Origin: Girardia tigrina
Taxonomy: Eukaryota
Assembly: GCA_001938485.1 (NCBI GenBank)
Contig: MQRK01243288.1
Location: 1 to 64,000 of the forward strand
Reading direction: 5' to 3'
Length of the DNA: 64,000 nucleotides
Shown here: positions 12,560 to 25,186 of the stretch, piece after piece
How positions within the stretch are numbered: position 1 is the stretch's first letter
Layout of the letters: each line of letters starts with the position of its first letter
Position numbers and translations under genes: made by a program
Notes under the pieces: model-generated
The model's input: only the letters and a program-made list of their open reading frames with translations
What the model was told of the DNA's origin: nothing
Database searches by the model: none

Positions 12560-12915
12560 AGTAAAATATCAATGATGAGACTGCTTTCTGGGAATTGTAA
12601 TATTTTACCACATCGAATTTAAGATTTTTATTCTATAATGAATGGTAGGAACAGGTAGATGGAGTACATATGGATTCACCATTATTTCTAACTTCAGCTT
12701 CCATATTTCTTTCAAGAATTAAGGAGAAAATAAATCTAAATGATTTTAAAATTTATAAATGTTATGTAGATGATATTTTCATAATATTTGATAATAGAGA
12801 ACAAGTTGAACCTTTCTTATATTATATGAATTCGATACATTCAAAAATAATATTTTACGCTGTAAAATGAAAACAATAATGTTTTACCATTCTTAGATCT
12901 ATTGATAAAAGAGTA
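12560..12915 (+). mobile_element. Penelope-like reverse transcriptase fragment
   Basis: QVDGVHMDSPL...IYKCYVDDIF...NNVLPFLDLLIK matches the PLE RT motifs Q..G.AMGSPL, RYVDD and LPFLD. Confidence 0.85.
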
Positions 12916-13211
12916 AAACATTTTTGTCGTAACATCAGTAATTATCCCAGACCAGTATCTCTTAGTGGGCGTTGCATTAAGTCACCCCAGCCGAGTGGTA
13001 GTAATACAAATTGAGAAATATATGAATTAATGAATTGACATATACAACTTTGAATTACTATAGAAAATTTATTACTTTAAGATTCACATTAATTCATCTG
13101 ATTTACCAAAACAAAATAAGAAACTACAAAAGAAGAATCAGCTTCATTTTATAAAGAAATCCTTTTATTTCTGAATTTGTAGAAATTAAATCTATTTTAA
13201 GCTCAACAAAA

Positions 13212-13612
13212 ACTAGTAAATCACAAAATTAAACTTTTTTATATCCATTCTTTATGCAGACAAAACTCTACTTTGCCAACAAAGTTTTTAAAATTTAAAA
13301 ATTTAAGATAAAATAAAATTTTAATTTAAAAATAACATTAAATATTAATATAAAATACTTATAAATTATAAATGGATATCTTGCTATTAATATTGTGCAG
13401 GAACTCCGAATTTTCCGTTTTCCCCATTTTGGGATCTTAAAAAGTTTTTTTCGATCAAATTTTTACACAATCATTTATTGGCATCAAGAATAAGTAAGTG
13501 TACAAAGTTTCAAGAAAATCGATTGAGTAAAAAGCCTTCAAAAACAGGTTTCTAAATTCCATGGGATACATATATATACCTATATAAAAGTAAGTTAATA
13601 AAAATAATGGAA
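13212..13612 (+). mobile_element. DINE-1/Helentron-associated-like non-autonomous repeat, copy 1
   Basis: Starts ACTAG, has the core AAAGTTTCAAGAAAATCGATTGAGT and an internal (TA)n. Subterminal inverted repeat CCATTCTTT / AAAGAATGG (degenerate in this copy). Four copies in the window. Confidence 0.7.
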
Positions 13613-13614
13613 TA

Positions 13615-14162
13615 AATGTCAAACCGGACTACATTCGATACTGAACAATCGATTCATTTCCGAAGGTTTCATGCACAGGGTTTAATCCATTACAGCTTCG
13701 TAAAACAATTACAGCGGAAAAGTATTATCAGCAAATTGACAAAATGCACCAAAAACTACAAAAACGACAGGCATTACTCAATAGAGAGGGGCCAGTTCTT
13801 CTGCATGACAACGCTCGTCCAGATGTTGCGAGAAAGACCATTCTGGAATATGAAACTTTGCCTCATCTACCTTACTGACCAGACCTTTCTCCTTCAGACT
13901 CTCTCCTTTTCAAACATTTCAGCCAGTTCCTTCGCGAAAAATGCTTCAGAAACCAAGGAGATGATGAAAGAGCTTTGGATAACTTCATCGCCTCCAGAAC
14001 TCCAGAGTTTTATGAAACTGGAATGAAAAAACTTGTTACCCGTTGGCAACAATGTGTTCAATGTAATGGTTTTTATTTTGACTAATAAAGTTAATTGTAA
14101 AGAAAGTTATGTTCATTTAAAGTTGACGGTTAAAAAACGACATTTCTTTTGCATCAACCTAA
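13615..14162 (+). mobile_element. Mariner 3' half
   Basis: LHDNARP, HLPYxPDLSPSD and RWQQCVQCNGFYFD*. Right TIR ends GCATCAACCTAA. Confidence 0.88.
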
Positions 14163-14169
14163 ACATTAA

Positions 14170-14545
14170 TGACATTTAAAAATTGTGTTTAGATCATGTA
14201 AGATTGGAAGTTTGTTCAGAAGAAAATCTATAACTCGTACTGGTTTATGTTAGAATTTAGTTCATTAGTATCAATGTAATGGGTGTGAATTCACTTGTCG
14301 GAGCGACTTTTCGTAATCTCTGTAAACGAATCAAGGAACATAATCGAAGTGATAGCAATATTGCTCAACACAGAAAGAACTGTTTGAAGAGTAAAGTTGA
14401 TTTAAGTAGTTTAAAGATTTTGTATTGACAATTTAATAATTACTGGGAGACGGTGATGTGTGAAGCATTGTCTATCAAATCCTTTGATCCTAAAATCAAT
14501 GTCCAAACACCATCCTCTTTAACTTTATTGAAAGTATTTTCATGA
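14170..14545 (+). mobile_element. Penelope-like GIY-YIG endonuclease fragment
   Basis: NLVH*YQCNGC...VGATFRNLCKRIKEH...IAQH...CEALSIKSFDPKINVQ. Probably the same element as the RT at 12560, split by later insertions. Confidence 0.8.
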
Positions 14546-14621
14546 TTTAGAAATTACACCATGATTACATAAACATTGCTGTGATATATAAGCTCGAATG
14601 TATCATTGCTATTATTATGTA

Positions 14622-14649
14622 TCATTATTATTATTATTATTATTATTAA

Positions 14650-14680
<31 letters not shown>

Positions 14681-14700
14681 ATTATTATTATTATTATTAC
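14622..14700. repeat. (ATT)n microsatellite
   Basis: Direct reading. (TA)n tracts also occur at about 805, 3343, 6850, 42833, 47900 and 54248. Confidence 0.95.
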
Positions 14701-15148
14701 TATTTATAGTATTCTTAATTTGGAAGACTGAGTCCGTTTTTCCCTGAAATTACTTCAAATATTTTGTATGAAATATTTTCAAAAAACTCAAAAAATCAGT
14801 ATTAAATATTTTATCAAAATGCGTCAGTTCTAAAAACAATAAAAATCACTCAATTTTGTTTTCGTTAGAGCTGAGCTATAAAAACATTTTCACCTTACTT
14901 TACTAGAAGAAATTTTTTTAGCACCAAATCAAAGAACTTGTCTAAAAAAATAAAATTTTAGAAATTAAAAGTTTTCCTTTTTGGTAATTAAAGTGAACTG
15001 TAAAATTTGTTGTATTCCTTGCTATTGTATAATAAATGTAAGATATTGTAGGTGATCATGATCATCCATATTCCCCATGTGAATCAATGATCGATTAGGA
15101 TTATTATGATTATTATTATGTTTCTTTTGTTAATAATTTCGATTTTAA

Positions 15149-15780
15149 TTGCAGATTTCAAAACGTGATTTTCGCAACATTTTCTTCTACAAGTTAAAGC
15201 TAGTGTATAATGCAGCTAAAACTGCTCAAAACATCAGCGAAGTTTGGGGCAATGGAAGATTCAATGAATGCATTATGCAGAGCTGGTATCAAAAGTTTTG
15301 CTCTGGCCATACCAGCCTGGAAGATGAGCTTCATGGCAGCCACCCATCGATAATATGCATCGACGAATTGAAGGAGCTGGTTGAAGCCGATCCACGCATA
15401 ACTGTTCGACCACTCACAGAAGAGCTTAACGCTGATCCCTTAACCGTCGCTTGGCACTTGAAGCAAATTAGAAAATCGAAAAAGATTGATAAATGGGTGC
15501 CTCACGAATTGAACGAAAGTCAAAAAATCGTCGTTTTGAGGTGTCTTCCGCGCTTCTTCTGCGCAACAAAAACGACGAGCATCTGGAAAACTTCCTCCAG
15601 GAAAAATTCTTCAAAAACCAAGACGACACCAAAGAAGTCTTTAACGCTGTCATCGCATTCAGAACTCAGGAGTTCTACACTAAGATGGTTTTTATTTTGA
15701 TTAATAAAGTTTATTCTGTGCTGAGTTACATTTTTTAAAGTTTAGATTCTAAAACATGCGTTGCCTTTGCAACAACATAA
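15149..15780 (+). mobile_element. Internally deleted mariner
   Basis: HTH region through KWVPHELNE is joined directly to the C-terminal HLENFLQEK, so the catalytic core is deleted. Right TIR ends CCTTTGCAACAACATAA followed by TA. Confidence 0.88.
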
Positions 15781-15974
15781 TATTAGAATGAAATAAAAAT
15801 TCTTTCCAATTTTTGATGTCATTTTGTCTAATTGTTTTTTTACTAAACTAAAGATATTTTATAAACAAATGTTCTATATTGTTTGAAACGTCTTAAATTC
15901 GTCTATCATATATAACAATTCATAATCCTTTTGAATTTTTTAACACTTAGAAACTTAATAAAAAATTAGAAAGT

Positions 15975-16720
15975 TTAGTTCTTTTAGGTTATTATTAGAA
16001 ACAAGGCCTAAATCCAGCGGCTGCAACAAAAAGATATGCAAAGTTGAAGGTGTCCATTAGGTCTCAGATCTCACTGCGCAAAATTGGTTTTTAAATTTTA
16101 AGGATGGTAACACTGACCTTAATGACAAGTCGTGTTCAGGCTGACCTTAGACAATGAATTTTAAATCAATCCATGAAGCTATCGAACCAAATCCCTCAAA
16201 AAGCAATCGCAAATTGTTCTCCGAACTTCATCAAGCATCAATTTTTCGGCATTTTGACGTTCTAAGAAAGCTGAATACGCGTTGTCGAGTGGTACCTTAT
16301 AATGTGACTGAAATTCAAGGTCAATGGAAAATAGTGTAAAAACCGCGTGAGGACTGTTTTATACACAGAAGTGTTACTTCTTACAGACAATCAAGTCAAA
16401 AAATTCAATGCTGGGACCCGGGAAAATGATAAAACCAGTACAAATTGAGATAGATTCTCAAGGAAGACGCTTTTGTGCGTTTGACGGAATTTGAAGGTGT
16501 AATTCACTTTTAGCTTCATCCGAATGGGCGAATTATTGACACAAAACCATGTTGCACCCAACTTGATTAGATATATGCTAGTCTTGGCAGAAAATATCCC
16601 GTTTTGATCAATCGAAAGCACGCTCTTCTGCAGCAAAACAACGTACTGCCACACTGCCAGACAAATAGAAGAAAAGATAAAAAAATCTGAACTCAATTAA
16701 ACTTTTACGGACCTTGTGCT
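15975..16720 (+). mobile_element. Degenerate mariner transposase remnant
   Basis: TAQNWF..FKDGNTDLNDKS.SG.P, VVPYNVTE, and LLQQNNVLPHTA. Confidence 0.7.
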
Positions 16721-16908
16721 ATATGACTAGAGGAAAAAATATGAACAGAAAATCTTCTAATTCTCAGAAACAGATTGAATATTATGAAACATAATTCATA
16801 TTTTCCTGATTCAATTTGAAAATTCTCTTTTACTTTCTTCTAGATATTTGATTATATTTCAAATATTATATTTCTAATTGTTATTGATTGATATATTTTT
16901 ATTACCTT

Positions 16909-17356
16909 TATTAACAACATCACAATTTGAATGTAAACAATCATTGACAACACAAACAGATTCTTCACAACAATTTTCAGTGAGCATCTTTCTTTGATTA
17001 ATATAGTTTTTGTTTATATATTCAAATCTAAAAAAACAATGAATGGGAAATTTTAATATTATATTTTAATTTCTCATAATTTTATTGGATAAAAAGACAT
17101 TATGTAATTTTTTAAATAAACATTAATTTTTAAAATATATTAAATTTAATAAGTTAAAATCGTTTACTGGAGATATTATTAAAATTCATAATTATCAAAC
17201 TTTAATTAATTAGTACTTAAAATGAATATCATTAAATTAATTTCATTATATTTAAATAATTAATCAATAACATATCAATCCCATCTGAGTAGGAGAGTCA
17301 CAAATCTAAACAGCATACAACAAACAAACTTACAACATTCCAAATTATCCCTCACA
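16909..17356 (-). mobile_element. Gypsy-type solo LTR (448 bp)
   Basis: 5-bp TSD ACCTT (16904-16908 / 17357-17361). Ends TGTGAG...GTTAATA. Closely similar to the 9357 copy. Confidence 0.9.
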
Positions 17357-19699
17357 ACCTTCTTAAAGCAAGGGTTGATAAATATTTTCTTTAGTAGACA
17401 TAATGAACTTTCCAAACTTTGGACGCGGGCCGGAGATCAGTTTTATTCCGTTTTCCAAAAAGATACGTACCACGAAAAACGGTCTTAAATGGAAATATGT
17501 TTGTTTCCTTAAAAATCGTTTATTAATAAAATAAAAAAAGATGTAGTTAAAATTCAAACATAATTAATAAAAACACACATTACTACTTTAGACACTAATG
17601 CAAATAATGGAAATTTGAATGGTCTTTGAAAGTCCCATTTGAATTAGGATTTAATCCGCTGGTGCTTATTGTTAGCACTGCTTCCAAATTTTCTTTAGCC
17701 ATCCTCGATCGTTCGCTGCTCTTAGAAATGATAATAAAACGACATACTTGATATAGTTTCTAAACAGTACGATAATAAACTATATTCTACATAAGCAAAA
17801 ATTTCAGATACATAATAAACGTATAGACTTTTGTAATTTGCACCGTGCTAGGGTTTGCTCATCCCTATTCTAAAGTTTAAAAGAGTAGATGAAAATAAGT
17901 ACAAACAATTTTTTATAACAATATCTCAAGGAGTAAAGTACGTGTTTTTGAATAAGGAAAATATTCATTTCTCAAAGGTATCTGAAAGAAGTTATACATT
18001 AAAAATTTTCAATTTAATCAAATTTTCTATACTTTGCACTGGAATGAATTTAACATTGACTTAGAATGAAACTTTTGTTAATATGTTATTATACTTTAAG
18101 AAGTAACGTTCGATAAGCACATCATGCTGGAACAAAAGAAAGTCAAACGATGATTGAAACATTGATCGAATCTAAGATACTTATTATTAAAAGTAATGGT
18201 TACTACAGGTACATTAAAATGATGTATACAACATATTTCCAAGACTTTTATAATAGTTCTTCAAAGCATATCTGCATCTACAGAAGATAATTAACATTTA
18301 TCGTTTTTATAATGAGTATTACTAAGACATATTCGAACCAAACTATTTTATTTATAAAAATGAGTTAATTAGAACACTTAGCCATTAAGATCATTAGCTT
18401 TAATGGTACTTCAATGACAAATTTAAAATTCAACAATTTTCTTTATTCAATTTTACCGAGAATAAATTTTCAATTTTGAGTAATAAATATTGTATGATTG
18501 TTGGTAAATGTTGCAGATCGACACATATTGAAAGAACTGAGTATGTTAGGTTCACGATCAACGATAGAGTTCATAACACCAATGATTGTTAATTTAACAA
18601 TTAACCATTTTTCGAACAAATTTATGAGGAACGATGTTTTCTTATTTAGCACAAACCAGATATCAAAATTGCTAAATATAAATATCAATATATAAATTTA
18701 ATTTAAATTATAAATATTTATACGTTATGTACTACAAATTTTAATATTATAAATTTGCGATTTTATAAACGACTTTCGTTGAATTTAAACTTATTTTAAT
18801 CGCCATTTTAAAATCTTCTGTACACAATGTTTTACTTTCGTTATTTAGTTATACGTTTAAATATTAATTTCATTTTGTAGTTATATCATTTGATTTTACA
18901 CCATTTTTAAATTATCGAATAATTCTTTAATTTGACTTGAATTATGAAACAACTTTCATTTTTTTAAATTTTGTTGAAAGTAAAAATTTTAATAACTTTT
19001 ATTTTTAAAAATTTTAATTATTGAAATTATTTAGAAAATATTTTATCTTATAAAATTCTGATTTTAAATATTTAAGATATTTTTAATTTTCGAATATTCA
19101 AAAATATATGAATTCACCAAATCCTAACAGATAAGGACCATGTATGTGATATATGATTACTGAAAATGAAAATTTCGGTTGGCATTAAGGTCGCACAATA
19201 TTGTCTTTTAAAGTCTCTAAGGCCTCAATTATTTTTCCTATATCCGCGTATGATCTTCAAAGTTGTTATTGCCCACCTCTGATTTAAGATAACTTATCGA
19301 CAGAGTAATAATTAAAAATCTGCTAACATAATGTTGGAAACAAACAAAATGTATTATATTTTATGATCTAGAAAAAAGTATCAGGATCATTAACCCTAAA
19401 TTAGGTTTAATCAATGTTTCGATTTGCTTCATTCTAAAAAATGACTTTATTGAGTCTTATTTTTATTAAAAATATAATTCTAAAATCTTAATTAATATGA
19501 CTAAATTTATATTCCACATATCAGTTGTTATATCTGATCAATTTCAGACAATGTGGAAAAGAGGATAATCTTGATTTACGACTTAATAAATTATTTACCG
19601 CACATATTTGAAAGGATTTAGTTATGATAAATTAAGTTTCATTTTAAAATAACGTATAAGTATTATTAAATAAATTATTCTTCCATATTTTTAAATTTC

Positions 19700-22250
19700 A
19701 AAAGGTTATTTGTTGTTTTATCATTCTTAAAGCAACAAATATATTTTATATTTACAAGCTTATGACTGAGTCTCTTAAAGTTGAGAATATGTTTTGGAAT
19801 AAATGACCTGTCCACTTGAATATGTTTTTTGATCTTGTTTATCGGTATAGAAGTAATGGTACAATGCAATATACATTACAAAACCCGTCATCTTTGAAAA
19901 CAAATCCAAGAGCACGCTTATAGAAGGATGAGAGTATGTAACTGAGTATAGTCTAACTTGTAAATGTAACTTGAGTATAAATAATTTTAAAATTTAACTT
20001 TCTTACGCTTAGATGACTATTTTAAAATAATTATTGGGTTGGCCAAAAAGTCATTGCGTTTTTGAGTACGTCCTAATAAAAAGCTTGAAAATATAAAACG
20101 ATGTGATAAAATTTAAATTCAATTATATATTCTGAAACCTTAATTTTCAGACTATGTTTATACTAAATATTAATTGATTTTGTTTTAATTTATTACTTTA
20201 CCGTCAATTTGAAATTGAAAATCAAAATGTGCATATTCGTCATGTTTTGTTGCATTATTTTCGCAAAGGGAAAACCGCTGTGCAAGCTCATAAGAAGATA
20301 TGTTTTGTATATGGTAGTGACTCCTTAAAACTTCGNNNNNNNNNNNNNNNNNNNNNNNNNNNNNNNNNNNNNNNNNNNNNNNNNNNNNNNNNNNNNNNNN
20401 NNNNNNNNNNNNNNNNNNNNNNNNNNNNNNNNNNNNNNNNNNGCACTGATCAAATCTAATCCACATATGACGACAAGAGAAGTTGCAGAGACTCTGAAAA
20501 TATCAAAATCAAGTGTTGGAAGTCATTTAAAGAAACTTGGATTCGTCAGTAAACTCGATATTTGATTACCACATGAACTGAAAGAAATTCATTTGGTGAA
20601 ACGTATAGAATTTGCGATTCCCTTTTGAAGCGAGAACAAAGTGATCCATTTTTGAAGCGCTTGATTACGGGTGACGAAAAATGGATTGTTTACAACAATG
20701 TAGAATGCCGACGATCATGGACAAAACGTGGTGAGCCTACCAAAACGATCTCAAAAGCAGAAATTCACCAAAAGAAGGTTATACTTTCGTCTGGTGGTAT
20801 TTTAAAGGAATTGTGTTTTTTGAACTCCTTCCGAGGAATGAAACCATCAATTCAGACAGATATTGTGGTCAGCTGGAGGAATTGGCTCATTCAATTCAAC
20901 AGAAACGTCCTGAATTGGCAAATCGAAAATGAGTTGTAATTCAGTATGATAACGCAAGACCGCATACAAGTTTGACCACTCGCCAGAAACTCTTATCACT
21001 GGGTTGGGAGGTTTTGCCGCACTCACCGTATTCTCCAGACTTGGCCCCATCGGATTTTCACTTATGTAGATCACTGCAGAATTCCTTAAACAGAAAAACA
21101 TTCGCCACTGATGATAACATCAAATCGTTTCTAGATGGCTTTTTTGCTGACAAAGGCAAAGGTTTTTATGAATGAGGAATAATGAAGCTACCGGAAAGGT
21201 GGAAGAAAGTGATTAAAAATAATGGACAGTATATCGTGTAAAAATATTTGTGCATCCATGTTATTTTTTGATAATAAATATTTTAGTAAAAAACGCAATG
21301 ACTTTTTGGCCAACCCAATAGTTTAATGAATTATGAAATCCTTTGCAAAAACTTATTGTTTTATGAAATTCATCAGTAGGTGTTTTGTGGTGTTTCCACA
21401 ATGTGGAATGGAATTTTGCTGCTCTTCCATAAAGACCTTCAATATAAATTATAAAGAAGCAATCCAGTACTTCTTCGTATCTTTCTTTATCAGGGAACGT
21501 ACTTTTCAAAAAACCATTAACGTTTTTGACATTACTGGCTGGAACAAATGATAATGATGGAAGTAACTTCAATAAAAAATTTATTTCACTATTTCATATA
21601 TTATAAGTTACAATGGGCGTTGTTATATTCATGTGTATCTTGTTTGCAAAAATGTCGTTTAATCTTTGTTTCGTTTTGTCATTGTGTTGTTTGTTCCATT
21701 TTCGTATTATCATAGAATCAATATAATATATCCTCAGTGTAATGAGACCTGGTACCCGCAGTGATGTTTGAGTAATAAATACGGGTCCAATAATCTATAC
21801 TAATGACATGGCATACCAAAGGTTTATCTTTATTGGGTTGAGTGGGCGAACAAGTGCCTGATGAGGATTCTTTGAACTCTAAAATCGTCCCTTTTGTTGA
21901 TTGATGTAACTCTAAAGATTGCAATAGGTTTCGTCTATAAACTATACATTGTCGAAATTTATTTCGAATTCTTCTTTCATAGTGTTCATCTTCTTTGATA
22001 ATTAAAATTGGTTTTCTAGAAAATAATTTAAAACTTTTTTTTATGTTCTCTTCTGTTGTAACTATCATTTTATTTGTTTTTATCTCTTCTTTATTGTCCA
22101 ATATTGTCACAAATTTTTGTAATTTATTTCTTTCTCGTATTCTCATCTCATCGTTGTTTAACTTATTTGGTGTTAATGTTCTTTCTAGAATGTTTTGACG
22201 ACGTCTGTTGCCGGTTGAAGTTCGTAAAAAACTGAAATTCTTTATCATTT
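19700..22250 (-). mobile_element. Degenerate Mutator-like (MULE) transposase remnant, interrupted by a mariner
   Basis: LPSLSFVP...LDCFFIIYIE...LWK...TISFCKGFHNSLN (21572-21321) resembles ALAFVP..LDYF..TY..WN..RTNN..EGWH..LN. It resumes as SHPSISVLL near 19940. Outer limits are uncertain. Confidence 0.65.
20034..21318 (+). mobile_element. Full-length mariner (DD34D), inactivated
   Basis: TIRs TTGGGTTGGCCAAAAAGTCATTGCGTTTTT at both ends with TA TSD. ITGDEKW, and DNARPH...YSPDLAPSD with 34 residues between the Ds. Stops, frameshifts and an N gap. Confidence 0.96.
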
Positions 22251-22373
22251 TTTATCGTTTTTTTACGATCAAATCATCAAAATCAAAATTGAAAAAAATC
22301 TGCAAATTATATTCTACGTACCCTTTTGGACCACTCAATACTAAACAATAATATTTCTTATTATTGATAAATG

Positions 22374-22716
22374 TGTGAAGAATATTTTCAAATGATGTTT
22401 ATTGTATGTTTTGTTTGGTATGTTGTTTAAGATTGCGTTACTGTCCCCCAGATGGAAGATTGATATCTTGAGTATTTTGAACCGCCGAATTATTCTGACA
22501 ATTTTAAAATGTGAATAATAACTTTAAAATTAAATTAATATATTTTAATCAATAAATATTTAAAATATTTTAATAGTATATTATAACGTAAAAATTAATT
22601 TAATTATAAAAAAATTTATTTAAAATGAAATAAAAATATTTTTGAAAATAATTTAAAATTATTTTCGTAAAGAATTTTAATATAAATTTGTTCGAATAAT
22701 TAGAGGTTTAGGAATA
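22374..22716 (+). mobile_element. Solo LTR (second subfamily)
   Basis: Starts TGTGAAGAATATTTT, carries CAGATGG at 22449 and ends GGAATA. Flanked by AAATG on both sides. Its 3' end aligns with the 47503 copy. Confidence 0.7.
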
Positions 22717-22729
22717 AAATGAAACATTT

Positions 22730-23320
22730 CTCAATCAAAAACGATGTCTCCCCACGAAGGTTTTGTGGAGAATTGTCGTGAAGGCAAATCAAGTTGTGAT
22801 GCCAATAAAAGTATTGGAAATAATATTAGTATTCTTAATAAAATGAATGTAATATTTTCGAATTGTAAGATTTGTCTAAAATGTCTTTTTGAGTAATTTC
22901 TCGTTAAAGATTCTTAAACTTTTTATGAACGATTTCTAATCAACGCAAATTCGTACGTCTCGCCGACGTAACTCATCGGTCAGATTACAAATAACGATCA
23001 TCGACACCGAATGATCAAAGATTGACGTATACTCGAATAACGTAAATAAGTGTTCTTTTCATCAAAAACAAAACAGAAACGGAATTATATTTCTTTTTGA
23101 AATCCAATCTTAACCTAAGACATTTTGAAAGTCGTGGAACGTCAATTACGAAAATTGTTTACGAATATAATTTGTTAATTTATTCCTAAGTTATTCCGTA
23201 GCGAGTAAATTACGTATTTGTCACCGTACAGCATCATTGTTATCAATCATCCAGTTGATATGCAACAACATTAATTACTATTTAATCCACTGTTTTGTTC
23301 AGAGAGAGCGGTCACTTCAA
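22730..23320. promoter_or_regulatory. Candidate cis-regulatory island
   Basis: Unique, CpG-richer and ORF-free. TCF-type motifs GATCAAAG (about 23013) and CTTCAAAG (about 23315). Confidence 0.25.
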
Positions 23321-24279
23321 AGATATAAATAAATAAATAAATAAATAAATAAATATTTGTGGCTCATTTGTTGTACCCATAATTTGAAAATTTCAATGAA
23401 GAGTTATTAATCTTATAAATTATTAGTAAATATTTCATTGAAAAAAAATATTCAACCGAGTCACATTAAATAGATTATATATTTTTTTGTTGTTATCATT
23501 GTTATTCCTACAGTTAAAATAGAGAAGAATCGCGTTTTAACAATGATCAAAAGTCTATTTATTGTTATATTATTTTTTATTATTAAAATACTTTCAACCA
23601 CACATTTCCTTCATGGGCTTTTATTTCTATTTTTGTATAAATAATTATGGATTAATTTCAATATATATATAAAATATATAACAATAGATTAAAATTAAAA
23701 ATTTAGTTGAATATGAATTTTATTCTTATTGAAGTGTTGAGAGATAAATTTTGTTTTTGTTTCCTCTTTTTACGTATAAATGTAATGGACAGAATTAACT
23801 GGAATTATTTCTATTTAATTATTTTTGTATTACGTTTTTTTCTGGAAATTTAAAGAATATTAACTTTAATAATTTTAATAATTAATTCGAAAGAATTGTT
23901 TGTATTTATTATTTTATATTTATTCAATATTTAATAGGAGTTCTGATCGACGAAAGTATCAAATTAGAAATAGAAAATAATGATTAATATTTTTTGGTAC
24001 GTAGATAATATTTCAATTTTATTTTATAAAGAATTATATGGGTATACAATACTTTTTTCTGAAAACAATGGCGGACATAAACTATAATTTCCAATTACAG
24101 AGTCATTGACAAAATGAGGGAAGTACTAACAATTTGACATCACAATCTTTGAACATGTTATAAACAATCAACACTTGACATTTTTTAATGTTTTTTAGTT
24201 TTATTATTTTTGTATTTGATATGTTTATTTGAAATAACTATTTATAATGTAATAAGGAAAAAATTGGTTATAACCTTTT

Positions 24280-25186
24280 ATAAATGGCAGATGTTTAGGA
24301 ATTTCAAAGATATCATATTGTTGGTTCCCGTATGTCAGGGACTAGTGTAATAGAAACTGACCGAATTCTGTGCGTTTCAAGAGGAAATGTCTCAAAAGTA
24401 ATGCATGCTTTTGTCCACAGAAAAACACAGGTCTGGCTGAAAGTTGAAGTTGACTGAGAGAAACCGATGAACTCCGAATCGAATTATTTGAGAGAATAGC
24501 AAAAACACGTTATCAGATCGTTCCTCACTCAATCGTGTATCGCTCTACATGCAAATCTTTCAAAGCATATAAACTGGTGTAGATATACCCAAATTTTGTT
24601 CCTCTATCAGTGGAAAATGTGATTTTCTCTGATAAATCATACTTTACCCTTTTTTGACATTGAGCTGACTATCAGTATAAGTTCGGAGACGGCCGAAAGT
24701 AATATATGTATAGACTTCTTTCTCCGAACTGTAATACCTTGCTGGATTTTTGTGATTACCTGGGTTCCATTTTTGGGATCTCCCAATGATTCATTTTCAT
24801 AGACAGATAGAGAGAGTATTTAGAGAGTATTTAGAGAGAGTATTTAGACCCAAGAGTATTTAGTAATTTCGGTGACAAAGTTCAATCTATAATTCAAGAA
24901 AATTTTGCGGAAGGGGAGGCCATCTTTCAAGATGATAATGCACCAATACATTCATCTCAAATTTTTAAATAATGACACGGAGAACATTCTTATGAAGTCG
25001 AGCATCTCCTCTGAACTTATTGAGAGTTTATGATCAATTATAGAATTTCAAGTAAGTAGAAGATTTCAGCTATCATCTAAAAGAACGTGTGGGTATTTTA
25101 ACTTAATAAAGGTAAAAATAGCAATATTTGAATGAAACAATTATGCTGTTTTATCAAGGAGCTTCTATTATTTTGTTCAACCACTG
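24280..25186 (+). mobile_element. Degenerate Tc1-like element (N-terminus of DD35E/Traveler type)
   Basis: MADV*EFQRYHIVGSRMSGTSVIETDRILCVSRGNVSKVM, VIFSDKSYFT and FQDDNAPIH. Right end CCACTG followed by TA. Contains an (AGAGAGTATTT)n mini-repeat at about 24810-24863. Confidence 0.75.

Noticed and set aside
18130-18700. Possible Helitron helicase remnant (VDLQHLP resembling GDLxQLP)
   Set aside because: One weak motif only; cannot be supported without a profile search.
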